This document shows positions 25,058 through 38,278 of a DNA stretch of 64,000 nucleotides, piece by piece; position 1 is the stretch's first letter; the number at the start of each line of letters is the position of its first letter. The translations under genes and the position numbers were made by a program. The stretch lies in NCBI GenBank assembly GCA_951406725.2, contig OX597816.1, positions 175,398,001 to 175,462,000 on the forward strand, given 5' to 3'. The stretch comes from Octopus vulgaris (lineage: Eukaryota). The notes beneath the pieces are model-generated. The model saw only the letters and a list, made by a program, of their open reading frames with translations, ran no database searches and had not been told where the DNA came from.

Positions 25058-26171
25058 GTCTGTGGATATTTTCTTTAGAAATAATTCTTTTTCTGGGATC
25101 AGGTGTGATGGTGTGAGTAAGAAGTGGTTTGGAGTTCAGTGCCTCTGTGTGGTACCTTGAGCGAGTGGCTTCTACTCTACCCCAGTATTAAGCAAAGCCT
25201 TGTGGAGAGATAAAAAATTAAGTAAATCAATAAAACAAAATATCTTCTCTGATTATAACCAGAAAGGATGAAAGTCAAAATAGATTTGCTGAGAGCAACT
25301 TTACCTTCCATCCTGGTCAAGTTCTGGGGTTGATAATACCAGCTAAATTCCTTTCTCCTAATTTCAGGCCTTATGCCTATGCTAGAAACACCTATTAAAT
25401 TTATAGGTACCAGCATGGCTATTTGGTTGAGAAGTTTTCTTCACAACTATATGGTTTTGAGTTCAGTCCCACTGTCTGGCACCTTAGTCAAATGTTTTCT
25501 ACTACAACCCCAAGTCAACCAAAGCCCTGTGAGAGAATTTGGTAAACAGGAACTAAAAGAACCCCATTGTGTGTGTGTGTGAGTGAATGGGCTTGTATTT
25601 CTTTGTAAGCAAAGGGTTCATTCATACAGTGTCATTTGTTTCCAGTCCTTGGCATTAAATATGTCCAGGCTGCTTGTTATTTGTTAGACTGAGAGATTGT
25701 TATCCCACTTGGAAACAAGAAGGTCATTCAGCCAAAGAAAACCCTGTTCCAACATACATATCCGACCCATGCATGCATGGAAAATTAGACATTAAAATGA
25801 TGAACAAGTTATGCTAACAAGTGGGTTGGCTTGTGTAAATTTAAATGTTTATAGATGACTTGCTGGTCCAAGAGGGCATCTGTCCCATTCTACAGCTAAC
25901 TCCTCCCTCATGAAGCGGAAATCATACTTATTTTACAGCTAAGTAGACAAAAGCAAACAGTAACTAAGTTTGAAGTTATGTCTTTGTGGTCAACGTAAAT
26001 AAGGATTTAGCAGATAAGCATAAATAAGGATTTAGAGTTGATTAGCATTAGTGACCATTTATAGGAATGGTCACTCAGTAAAACTTAATATGAATGTACG
26101 TTTTGTAGGAATGGGGGTTCATACAAATATTAAATTTGCTTAACTTTGACTAAAACCTCTTTGGCTTTCAG

Positions 26172-26246
26172 GTTGTAAAGATTGACTATAGTGAAGCTGA
26201 TGTGATGGTGCATGCATCATCTGGAGCTGTTTTCCGAGCCAATAAG
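26172..26246 (+). CDS. KDM1B: KDM1B exon
   Basis: ttcag| VVKIDYSEADVMVHASSGAVFRANK |gtctgt. Confidence 0.88.
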
Positions 26247-26317
26247 GTCTGTTCAATCACACTTTATGACTTATTAGCGTTTTAAGTTAATTAGAGTCAA
26301 CATTTCTAATTATTTAA

Positions 26318-26536
26318 CCCTTTAGTATTTAAACCGGCCATATCCGGCCAAAATATTTAATCTGTTTTATGTTCAAACTGACCAGATCCAGGCTCTCACA
26401 CCTACCCTACAATGTTATTCTACATTAGGTAATTACACCATCAAGATCTTGAAGATATGAGATAATGCATGATTAATTCAAATCAATGGGAATCAATAAG
26501 CATTATGTTTGATAGAATAATCTGAACACTAAAGGG
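26318..26536. mobile_element. piggyBac-like MITE
   Basis: TTAA|ccctttag ... ctaaaggg|TTAA; relatives at ~4635, 11590, 48335, 51553, 58770. Confidence 0.75.
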
Positions 26537-27630
26537 TTAATCGTTATTTATGTTTAATTACAGTTATTTGTAGCACTTTTGATTCTCAACTTCAAATAGT
26601 TAATGTTGCCTTCTCTCTCTCTCTCTCTCTCTTTCAATAATTAGACTCATCTAAATTGACTGGGCAAAGCAGTCAGCTGGGACCCTAGGAGAGAGGGATC
26701 AAATTATGATAGGTTAAAATGTCAAAATGTGTTTGGTTAATGCTAAAGTGGTAGATTAGAAAAATTGATAGAACAAATACCAAAATGCCTTTTAGTATTT
26801 ATTAGTATTTGGTTACGTTGCTTTACATTTTGAGTTCAAATCCTACTCCTTATCGAGTTTGCTTTTCATCCTTACTAGGTTGTAATTGAGAATAGAAGTT
26901 TTTTTTTTAAAGTTGAAAATTTTTAATTTTTTTAATTTTTACCCATTCACCAGACATCTTTGACTTTTAAAGCTATAAAATGGTCAACATTTAGTTGTTG
27001 TTTTTTGTGGAACAGCTTCAATAATGACAGTTAGTTATTGTCCATTGAAGGTCATCATCAACCTTTGCCATCTTCAAGTATCATCTTTAATTAGTAATTA
27101 ATGGTTGTTACTAACAAACAATACTCGAACTCCTACCTGTTCAGATTAGAGTTTTGTTACCTGGAGCACAAAGCTATTCATTCTCTACATTAATTATAAA
27201 AACATTATAGCATGTAATGTAGAGTAAATTACTCAGAGATGCTTTTGTATGAGAAGAAGTTAGAATCAGATTGACATATTTAATACAAGGAAAATTACAA
27301 AGCTAGTTAGAAATATTTATACTGAGAGAATATAAGAAAACATGTAATCAATGACTGACAACTCTTGACTTGTTTCAGTCTTATTATAAACTTATTAGCA
27401 AATCAATAGATTTCACTGTACCTGCCAAAGTAGTGATAGGAGGGTCTATCAGTAAATATAGTGGTTAACTTTTGCCAGGCTTGTAATATTTATTTTCCCT
27501 TCAACTTTACATTGTTAATAGCTTCCCATTTTCTCTCTATTATATAAAGCAACATAATTAGATACACAAAACGCAACCACAGAAACATTAGTATGTAAAG
27601 TAAATTGTTTTTTTTTTTCTACATTACCAG

Positions 27631-27747
27631 GTGTTGGTTACAGTTCCCTTATCTGTGTTACAAAAAGATGTTATTGATTTTGTGCCTCATCTGCCAGTAG
27701 AGAAAACTAAAGCAATTAAGTCGCTTGGTGCTGGTGTTATTGAAATG
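27631..27747 (+). CDS. KDM1B: KDM1B exon (ends at catalytic Lys position, here Met)
   Basis: accag| VLVTVPLSVLQKDVIDFVPHLPVEKTKAIKSLGAGVIEM |gtaagt. Confidence 0.94.
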
Positions 27748-28324
27748 GTAAGTCTTGAGAATTAGAATTCTTTTTAATGTTTCTTGCAAAGTAGGTGGGT
27801 GGGTGCAGAATCCTTTGAAGGATGAACAAAATTCCTTGTGGTATTTCTTTACATCTATAAGAAAACGAGAATTAACATTGAAGTTGTTATTATTTAACCC
27901 CAGTCAGAGATATAGCTGCTATTTCTGTAAGGCTGAGTGAGCACATAGAGCAGAGATTCTCAACATGGGAGGTACCACTCCCAAGGTGGTGCTGGGTATG
28001 TTGAAGGGGATGTTAACCCTCAGAGGGCTGTGAGGTGGGGATGGGGCAATGAGGTAACATAACCTACTAGTTTTGTCTTTTTCATGCTTTAGCTGATTAC
28101 TGCCTGTGTGTCTGTATGTCTGTCTGTCTGTGTGAGGAAATATCAGTTGACTGTGACCAGCAGTTCTTTGGATCTTTGACTCAAAGCAGTGTGTGTGTGA
28201 TTTACAGTAGAGTTTTGTTAACAAGGTTCTAAATTGGTGAATCCAATTGTTTATTTTTGTTGTTTGTAGATTTTTAGCTGAAATGTTTCCAAGTTTCTAA
28301 ACTGTTGCTGTTGTTGTTGTTCAG

Positions 28325-28453
28325 ATTGTTTTGCAGTTCAAGAAGAACTTTTGGCGTGAGAAGGTGAAAGATGTTGATGTCTTTGGTTATATTGCCTCTG
28401 ATGAAAGCTGCCGGGGGCTGTTCAGTGTGTTCTATGATCTCTCAAAAGTCCAG
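28325..28453 (+). CDS. KDM1B: KDM1B exon
   Basis: ttcag| IVLQFKKNFWREKV...RGLFSVFYDLSKVQ |gtgaga. Confidence 0.93.
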
Positions 28454-28624
28454 GTGAGAATCAAGAAATTGTTCAACGTCAATTTTTAATCTTTTTTTAT
28501 ATATCCATCATTTTCCATAATTTTAGACCTTGGAGACATTTTTATTTAAATCTTGTTTTTGCATTGTTAAGCATTTCATTATTTTCAATATTGAGTCTGG
28601 ATAAATATTTTACTTTAAACATAC

Positions 28625-28782
28625 ACTCACGGAGTGGTTGACGTTAGGAAGGGCATCCAGCTGTAGAAACACTGCCAGATCTGACTGGCCTGGTGCAGCC
28701 TTCGGGCTTGCCAGACCCCAGTTGAACCGTCCAACCCATGCTAGCATGGAAAGCGGACGTTAAACGATGATGATGATGATGA
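28625..28782 (+). mobile_element. 5'-truncated RTE tail
   Basis: Same 3' end and (GAT)n tail as the RTE at 22046-24418. Confidence 0.75.
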
Positions 28783-28872
28783 TACATACATACACACTGA
28801 CACACACACACACACACATGCAATTTCTTGTATTAATTGTACTTTTTTACTTCCTATTCTGTCCCTTGTCAG

Positions 28873-29004
28873 AAATCTGGCAAAGAGACTCACGTTTTAG
28901 TGACCTATATTGCTGGGAATGGTCTGAAAAAAGTGATGGGTAAATCAAGTGAAGAAATTGTACAAGCGTGTATGGATGTCTTGAGTAAGCTGTTCCCAGA
29001 ACAG
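28873..29004 (+). CDS. KDM1B: KDM1B exon
   Basis: gtcag| KSGKETHVLVTYIAG...CMDVLSKLFPEQ |gttagt. Confidence 0.92.
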
Positions 29005-30539
29005 GTTAGTATTTATATTTAAATTAAGTTTAATATACATGTATGTGTATGTTTACTCCTCCCAGCATGGTTCCAGAGTCAACCCTTCCATGTGACATCT
29101 TGGGCAAATGTCTTCTATAACTCCAGACTAACCAAAGTCTTATAAGTGGATTTGGTAGATGAAAACTAGAAAAAAAATGCTTTAATATATGAAAGAAGGT
29201 TTGAAAATGCAATTTTAAAAGATGTTTATTTACTTTACCGGTTTCACTTTTTAGAAAAATATTGTCAAAAGTAACATGTAAAAGTTTGGTTGTGTTAATT
29301 ATTGGTTGTCACAAAATGCTACAATACATATATACATTCTTTGGTAACAAGAACATGTTAAGAACATAAAAAAGTTTAACAAGTTCATTAAAATATTGGA
29401 CACAAAAGATTACAACATATATATACATTCTCAAGAAAATGTTAAAGACAGTTTCCAGAAAGAATTATTAAAAAGTTCAGTGGAATATTGGTATTGTATC
29501 TGTATATATATACACACAGAATATTATAAGTTCAAAAAAGTTTACATTATAGTAGTAGGGAAGCTCAAACTGACCTGGTCCACCATGTTATCGTAAAAGA
29601 CTCCTGGTATATATATATATATATACCAGGTCAGGTTAAAATTAAAATGCATACACAGCAACTATAGGCAAATAGAAACATTGGTACCAAATACAGGCAG
29701 AAAGATATTCAGGTTATGTATACAATTAATTGAACCCTACTGAGTTTATTACTAGCTCTGGGGTGAATCCAGAAATGCACAATGAAGGTTGTGAAATCAC
29801 TAAATACGCACTTGCCATGGACTTTGGAAAATTGTTAAATGTTCCTAATATTGTGGTTTGTGTACTCATCTGAAGATGTTTTTTTTTTTATATAATGATA
29901 TGATTTATCCATTAATCAATTAACAAGAATTCAGTGAGAAGTCTTCTGTAAAAAATATTTCTGGTCATGGGGAAATATGTCACTTATCAAAAGATGAAGA
30001 TTAGTGTCAAAGAGGCATTCTGCCATAGAAAAATCTGTCTCAGCAAATTCTAATCAACCTATGTGAACATGAAAATGACAATGATTTATACACATATCTC
30101 AAAATTTATGTTTACTTTTCCACCCCAGCATGAGTTGAAAGTGTCTTTCATTCATCATGGTCCTTTTTCATAGGATACATGCAGAAACATAATTGTTCTT
30201 GTTATTCATGTCATACTTTTGCTATAGTTTTTTTTTTTTTTTTTTGTTTTTTGTTTTGACACCTCGGTGTCCTTGCTATCACCAACTACTTTACAGCATG
30301 CACTGAGTGCATTTAATGCCACCGCTATCGGAGCGGTTTCCTCCATCAAAACTGAAGAGTCCTTCCTGTATGTCACTGACTGGATCGGTCTATCTAACTG
30401 CTTGCAGTGGTGGACCTCTTGTTACTTAATGTAAAGGAGGTAATCTTTGTTTAGCCCTGTCCTCTGTTCATAGAGCAGCCAACCTATTATCAAAGGCATT
30501 CAGAAAGACAAAGTATGTAGAGATGCTTTTAAGATGGCA

Positions 30540-32385
30540 AGATGTGATTTAAGGAGGTTATGGTTTTCGTTCCCACATTGAGGAAGGAACCAGGCTGCTG
30601 AAGTTCTGCGATGCAAATGATCTTATGTTTTTTAATACTAACTTCAGGAAACCTGCCAGCTACCTATTCACCTGCTGATTTAGTAGACACACTAGTCAAA
30701 TTGACTACACCTTCACCAGGAAACAGAAAAGATGGCTACTTATAAGTGCCAAAACTTTTCCAGGTGAAGAATGCACCCCACAACATAGATTAGTAGTTAG
30801 CAACTTCAAGATCAGGGCTAAATGGATGCCCAGAAGACGACCAACATGGAGAAGAAGGGTCTAGAAGCTTAAGGATCCTGCAAATGGACAGAGATTTAGA
30901 GACGTATTACTCGAAGCCTTAGATGAAATAGAGGGAGATATAGCATCAGATAATGTGGAAGACAACTGGAGGTTTCTACGGGACAACCTGCTGAGAGCCA
31001 CTGTCCAGATCTGTGGCTGGTGCAAAGTCCCCTCAAGACCCAAAATAACGTGGTGGTGGAACAATATTGTTGACAGGGCTATTAGACAAAAGAAACAAGC
31101 TTGGAAGGACTGGAAGAACGGTGGGAGCAGGGAAGTGTATCAGACTGCCAGAAGGGAAGCTAGGAGACAGGTATATTTAGCCAGAGGGGAAGCAGATAAG
31201 AAAAAATTTGCCAATGTTCTGTGCTGTGAGGACAAAAGACTTGAGGTATTTCGTGTTGCAAGACAGTGTGTGAGAGAGAATCGTGGCGTGGTAGGAGAGA
31301 AATGTGTTCGCAAGGATGACGGTTCACTTGCGCTAAATGAGGCTGCAAAGAGAGAGGTTTGGAGATGCCACTATGAAAGGTTGCTAAATTAAGAGAATGA
31401 ATGGGAGAAAGAGAGTCTGCCAAATGTCGACCCAATAGAGGGACCAGCTATCTGAATTGACAGTACCTTGATAGATAAAGCAATTAAGAGTATGAAGACA
31501 GGGTAAGCCCCCGGCACATCAGGAATCACTGCAGAGATGCTTGAAATATCTGGCAGTGTCAGCTGTAATCTAGTCACCCGTATAGTCAATTTCTGGTAAG
31601 ACAGCTGCAGGAGAAATACCTAGCCAGAGATAAGCCTCTGTTCTTAACCTTCGTTGACATGGAGAAAGCTTTTGACAGAGTACCCCAATCCCTTGTCTGG
31701 TGGTCAATGCGGAAACTAGGGATAGATGAATGGTTAGCGAGAGCTGTACAAGCCATGTACAGGGATGCTGTCAGTAAGATGAGGGTTGGCAATGAGTACA
31801 GTTAAGAATTCCAGGTAGGGGTCCACCAAGGATCAGTCCTCAGACCCCTCCTATTTATCATAGTCTTCCAGGCAATAACAGAGGAATTCAAGACAGGATA
31901 TCCCTGGGAGCTCCTCTATGCTGATGACCTTGCTCTAATTGCTGTGTCACTATCAGAACTGGAGAAGTTTCAGGTAAGGAAGCAAGTATTAGAATCGAAG
32001 GGCCTTAGAGTCAACTTAGCTAAAACCAAAGTCTTAATAAGTAGGAAGGTAGACAAACGATAAGTCCCTTCAGGTAGATGGCCCTGCTCAATCTGTAGCA
32101 AAGGCATAGGTAGAAACTCCATAAGATGTTCCCAGTGTAAGCCATGGACACATAAGAGGTGCAGCAATATCAAAAGAAGGCTAACTAGGAAGATAGTTTT
32201 TGTGTGTGTCAAATGCTCAGGAGCAATAAACACTGAAAATGTGCAGAAAACAGCCTCCGTCACATTCCAGGGGAAAAAACTACAAGTAATTGATAGCTTC
32301 TGTTACCTATGTGACCAAGTCAGTAGTGGGGGTGGATGCTCTGAAAGTGTAGCTGCTAGAATAAGAATAGCCTGGGCAAAGTTCA
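30540..32385 (+). mobile_element. Degraded RTE LINE (endonuclease end, RT), internally deleted
   Basis: QIDY, QHRLVV, WWWN, DMEKAFD, YADD; stops and frameshifts; homologous to 22046-23435. Confidence 0.9.
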
Positions 32386-32434
32386 ATATTTTATCAGAAG
32401 AAAGTCTTTTCAAATATTCTTGTTTTGACTGCAG

Positions 32435-32587
32435 AAAATCCCAGAACCTGAGCAGTATTACACAAGTCACTGGCAGAAAGAAAGTTCCAATCGTATGTCT
32501 TACAGTTATGTCCCGGTTGGTGTAGACGCTTCTGTTTACACACACATTGCACAACAGCTCCATGACAAGATTTTTTTTGCTGGAGAA
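32435..32587 (+). CDS. KDM1B: KDM1B exon
   Basis: tgcag| KIPEPEQYYTSHW...MSYSYVPVG...KIFFAGE |gtaagt. Confidence 0.93.
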
Positions 32588-33776
32588 GTAAGTACTACAT
32601 TTTCATGTTGTGATAACCTTGTTTTTTTAAAAGATATTTGCCTAGTTTAACCCTATCATGATCCTATTTTCAATGAAATATACTGCCTGTGTGTGTGTTT
32701 CGATTAGTTTTTAAAATAATCAAGAATTTGGAAGATAAAGTAAAATAACATTTTCTATATTTATTTGTTGCTTGGGACAGAATTTAACAGAAGCTTCTTT
32801 CTAAAATTATGACAGAAGGTTTTAATTTAAATAAAAAAGGCAAGATTATTGCAGTAATAAGTTCAGTTATTGGGTGAAGGAGTGGGGACCAGGGATAAGG
32901 GAATAGCATTTTTAAGTTACAGGCCCTTAGATGGAGTGTGGAATATTGGTGCTTTGAAGTAATTAAATACAACAAACTCTCCTGTAAATTTAATTTTTGT
33001 TTTTCTTGACGATGCAGGCCTTAATCACTTTCTTTGACTTCTGGATGTTACTCTTACTTTAATATAAATATGAACACTTTATAGAATGGACGGTTTTGTG
33101 TTGTGCAGTCACAATTAGTTTCTCCCTGCTTTCCCATCTCCCACTTCGCTTTCGTAATCTCACAAACTCAACCCATCCACTCACCCTATCCAATCCGTGG
33201 CTCCACTTATATGCATTTCTCTGTAACTTGAATGGACCCATTCTTTACATCTTCAACATCTCCCCCACCTCTCTCTCCTTTACTGCAAGGCACCTATTTC
33301 TGACCCTTTGTTCATACCAGGGGGGCAGGCAGCTATACCAGTTAGTGTCTATCATAATCCAGTATCTTTATGATGCTATTTCTATTGAAACACATTACCT
33401 ATGTGTTTGAATTAATTTTAAAAATAATGAAAATATGGATAAATTTGGCATACTGGTTTTCTCAGAAATGCTTTTCATGTAGAATTATGATCCAAGGTTT
33501 CCATATGGATATTTAAAAATGAACAATTTTATCTCATAGAACTGGATGAACAGTCTTAGATTGGTTGCTGTCTAAAGATTTAAATCATTGTTACTTCCTT
33601 TATAAATAGTCTTTCATGAATAATTATGGACCAAAGTTTCAATTTAAATATGGACACCTGGAAACAAACAATTTTATAGCATAGAACTGATGGGGCAGTC
33701 TTAGCTTTGTAGGTATCAAATTATCGAGTTATTTCCTTTTATAAGTGGTTGCTAATTGTTTGAAAATCTATTTCAG

Positions 33777-33869
33777 GCCACCTGCCGGCAGTTTCCACAG
33801 TCACTGGCTGGTGCTTATTGGAGTGGATTAAGAGAGACTGAAACAATTCTGAAGTGTTTTGATCAATGA
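33777..33869 (+). CDS. KDM1B: KDM1B terminal coding exon
   Basis: ttcag| ATCRQFPQSLAGAYWSGLRETETILKCFDQ*. Confidence 0.92.
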   Translation, partial: ATCRQFPQSLAGAYWSGLRETETILKCFDQ

Positions 33870-34171
33870 CCTGCCAACAACCGACTTCCCTTCGATCACC
33901 TCCACTCACTTTCTCTTTGATTTCATTCTGTGCATGATGTTTAATGAAATTCTCCTCGTTTGTTGCCTCGTCAGTCTCTCCACAATAAGCCAATATTTGT
34001 TAAACACTTGGCTCTACTGTTATAATTTCTGATCTAATACACTTGTTACTCATTTATTACAAGCAACTGTACACTCATCATTATTCTATATAAATTATTA
34101 TTATTATCATTTTATTTTATTTCGTATATATATATATATATATATATATCGTTGCCATTTTGGCATTTCAA

Positions 34172-34177
34172 AATAAA
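34172..34177 (+). promoter_or_regulatory. Candidate KDM1B polyadenylation signal
   Basis: AATAAA ~300 nt after the stop codon; not verifiable without 3' end data. Confidence 0.4.
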
Positions 34178-34296
34178 GAATTGTTGAGCCATGGTATTCC
34201 TCCATGGAATTTCCTAAATTTTAATTTTAATTGAAATTTTTTTCCTTTTTGAAAGAATATGAAGCTGTATGGAAATGAGACATGAAACACCGGGTT

Positions 34297-34384
34297 GTAA
34301 AGGCTACCCGTAAAGGCTACCCGTAAAGACTGCCCGTAAAGGCTACCCGTAAAGGCTACCCGTAAAGGCTACCCGTAAAGGCTA
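34297..34384. repeat. 13-bp minisatellite (gtaaaggctaccc) x~6.8
   Basis: Directly visible. Confidence 0.95.
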
Positions 34385-35742
34385 GGGAGACGGGAATTGT
34401 GTACAATCAGTCATTGGATTTTTCGTGTTAACTTGCATGACAGCAGACCTCAAATGAGGTGAGAAAGTGTTAGGGTCGTAAGAGGCTTCCATCGGCCAAT
34501 GGGGAATCAACTGTGCTTGGATGTTTTATGTCCGTTACCAGCCAATAACACTGGAGAATCCACTGTGCTGGTACGGCTCTGTGAGTCAGTAGATAGTGAC
34601 TGCTGGGTGAATTGAGGGTACCAGTGGTAGAAGTTTGTTGATGTTCTTGACTCCCAGGTGAATGTTAAACAAGCAAATTTATGATCAAAGTGGTTCCAAT
34701 TGTGGCCATCCCATCTTTTTATCACTTGTAGCAGTGGTTCTGCACTGGAGTCCATATAAGATTTTGTTGTTAAAATTTATGTACAATAAACTGGTTATAC
34801 TTTTTACCTTACACAGAATATTTTAACAATTTTTTATACAGTTCTTAATAATGTTTAATTATAAAAATATAATTGGATTTTTTAAACCTTGAATAGCTGT
34901 GTGGCTCCACCCAAGTAAAATAGGAATCAAAGGAGTCCATAAGCAAACTAGGACCACAGTATCCAGCCTTCCCTTAGGGTAGTAAGATGTGAATTGAGGT
35001 AGGTTTGGTTGCTATTTTTAGCATTTTGTGCTACAATGTAAAATGTTTTGATTAACTTTGCACATGTTGAAAGGAGGAGTGAGGTTGTATCTTAAAATGG
35101 TGTGACACAGGATTTGAGACATGCAGATGTTTGCTATCTGCAAAGCCATTCAATCATGCGGACATGGAAAAACAAATGTTAAAACAATGGTAATAAATTT
35201 GGATTTTTTTTTTCTTGATTCATCATCATCATCATCACCTCCATCATTTATCATCCATTTTAGCATGCTGGCATGAGTTGGACGGTTTGACAGGAACTGC
35301 CCAGGCTCCAGTTGACTGGTTTTTTGCAAGGTTTCTATGACTGGATGCTCTACCTAGCACCCACCACTGTACAAAATGTGCTGGGTGCTTTTTATGCCAC
35401 CAACACAGGTGCAATTACATAGCACCATCATACATGCATTTTGCATGACACCAGCAGGAGTGCATTTTACATGGCAGTGGCACCTGCAAGACAAAGACCT
35501 CTCAGCTAGGAGAGGGAATGTCCATAAAGGACATGCCTGTAGGTATGGATGGCCATGGTTTTACTTAGCTTCACATGTCTTCTCATGATGAAAAGTTAAA
35601 CTGATACATTTTGACTTTGATCTGATACATAAGAGTAAGACTGATTCACTAAAGAAATCTAATAAGATTGAAGTATGCTTAGAATTATTGTACTTTCCAA
35701 AGATCAGACTTGCTCCCCACTGCATACTCTTACGTATCGATC

Positions 35743-37346
35743 TGTTATGGAGATAATAGTAATAATGGAACACCCCCTCCTACGTGATGAGTGGTATGTG
35801 CTAGTCATTATAAATACTGTGTGTTGTGTCAGTCGAGTAGTTGGTGATTAGATAGTCATCTTACAACAAGTGTCAGAAGAGTGCGAAAGAATAGTAAATT
35901 TAAGACAACATGGAGGAAATTGAACGAAAAGATTGCTCCCAAATGAAACAAGTGTGTCGGAAAACACGAAACAGGCAGAATAGAAATTAAGTGTGTACTA
36001 AAATGCAGTACAAAAATCAGGAAACAAATCCATGTTTTGCATGTGGAGATCTACACTTGAGAAAAAAATTGACCATTTAAGGAAGCAGAATCCTTCCATT
36101 ATGGAAACCAAGACAACAAAATGTTGGAGCAAAGACAAAAGAATAAACAAGCTGTCATCGAAGGAAAATGATGACAAAGAGGAAATTTGTAAATGTGAAA
36201 ATTTAAAATATAAGAGTAAAAATTTAGTAAGATACTGGAAATGATATTAGTAAGATACTGGAAATGATATTAGTAATGTGAATGAAGAAACTTGGCAGTA
36301 TATTGGTAAACCGAAATTAAGTAAATCTACAAAAGTAGCTTATGGTGTTACAGGTAAAAGATTGCATTTTGTAGGTGAATTTGTGTGTAATGTGACATTT
36401 CGTGACCAAATGAAAAAGCAAAAGTATGTCCAAAAAATTGAGTAAATCTATTCGGCACCGATTGGATAGAACTGTTGAAATTGTCAAATAGGCCCAAAAG
36501 TGTTTTGTGTGGGAATATAGTTGGTTTAGTCAAAGGTTCAAGTGTGACTGAGGGATTAAAGCAATAAATAAAATATCTGTTTCTAGATGTTTTCTCGGAT
36601 GAACTGGGCTGCTGCACGAAAAAGAAGGCAAAAATTATAGTAAAACAAAATGCAACACCTATATTTAAGCCAAAATGGAATGTACTTTCGCAGTGCTAGA
36701 ACAGGTAAATAAGAAACTTGAAAGCCTAGGAATAATCAAGAAAATGGACCACTCAGATTGGGTCTACATAAAAGAGAAAAAAAATGAGTGAAAAGTTTGT
36801 GCAGATTTTTCAACGGGGTTGAATGATTGCTTAATGCCGAGTCCTGAGGATGTGTTCGTAAAATGGAATGGAGAGAAATTCTCAAAATGAAGACCTCTCG
36901 GGGGTATGTTTACAAATCCAAGTAGAATAAGAATGCTCACTTATTAGCCATTAATACACACTGTGGCTTATTTAAATTCAAGTGGCTTCCATTTGGTGTA
37001 AAAGTGGCTCATTCTATATTTCAACAAGTAATGGATACGATGCCAAATGAAAAAAATTATTGTGTAACTATGAAAAAAAACCCCTCAAAAAAGGGAAGTA
37101 GGGTGGCAAAAAATGTGTTGCTAATAAAAGAGATAAAATTACACTCCCTCAGAAAAAAGAAAAACTTAAAAGGGAGATGTTATGGGGATAATAGTAATAA
37201 TGGAACACCCCTCCCACATGAGTGGTATGTGTTAGTCATTATAAATACTGTGTTGTAGTGTCCGTCATTAAATAGTCATGTCTTGCCTAACTAACTATAC
37301 TGCTATACTGGAGTGGGCGTTATAACTCCAACAGAGGATTACAACA
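35743..37346 (+). mobile_element. Internally deleted Gypsy LTR retrotransposon
   Basis: LTRs TGTTATGG...TTACAACA at 35743-35868 and 37178-37346; purine tract before the 3' LTR; remnants DVFSDELGCCTK and INTHCGLFKFKWLPFGVKVAHSIFQQVMD. Confidence 0.82.
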
Positions 37347-38222
37347 CACTCCATAATAAATTTCAATTGCCGAGATGCTCACCATTTTTTTTCTTTTTTA
37401 CAAAAATTAATCAGTAAAGCTAATGAATGTTATTTTCATTACATGAGTAATTTTAATTAAATTATTAGCCACTTATTCACATAACTACTATGATGATTAT
37501 GTGTAATACACATCCCAATTTTGGGGGTCAACATTTTCTTAAAACTTTTAAAATCCCATACATAACATGCATTGTTGCACAACTGTTACAAAAGTGGATA
37601 ATCTAATATATTAGTTTTTAGCTTTTTATAAATAAGATATTGATCAAATCCAAAGTCTAAAACATAAGAAATCATATCTTAAACTCCCCTCTAAGGTATC
37701 GAGCTGGCAAAATTGTTAGCACATCAGACAAAATGTTTAACAGCATTTCTTGCAGCTCTTTATATTCTGGTTCAAATGCAGCTAAGGTCAATGAAATAAA
37801 GTACCAGTTGAGCTCTGGAGTCAATGTAGGCTTACACCCCCCACCCCTACACACCTAAAATTACTGGCCGTCTGCCAGAATTTGAACCCATTAAACTCCA
37901 CTCTAATTTTAATCTTGATTTTGGAATAGAAAAAGAGTGTAAGGTGCAGGCATGTTTGTGTGGTTTCAGGTTTAGTCCTTCTACTGTAGCCCTAGGCAGG
38001 TTAATACAGTATGAGTGAATTTGGTTGACAAAAACTGATTAGAAGCTCATCATATATGCCATGTGATCACATGACCAATCAGACTATCAGATGTTGTTAT
38101 ACATCTGATTATATTTAACATATTCCCCTCCCAACTCCACACACTTATTGCAGCAGCTCCTCAGCTTTCCTAAGTCCTTTTGTGGCACCCTGAAGCCAGG
38201 AACTTTTCAGCACCCTGTTGTA

Positions 38223-38278
<56 letters not shown>

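Larger units (their letters stand above)
912..33869 (+). other. KDM1B: Lysine-specific histone demethylase 1B (LSD2) gene span, 5'-incomplete, 16 coding exons
   Basis: 16 GT-AG exons join into one 2143-nt frame (~713 aa) ending in TGA at 33867-33869; colinear with LSD2 zf-CW, SWIRM and amine oxidase domains; no Tower insert as in LSD1. Confidence 0.95.

Noticed and set aside
912-33869. KDM1B as a pseudogene, or as LSD1/KDM1A
   Set aside because: All exons are in frame with canonical splice sites; zf-CW present and Tower absent indicate LSD2
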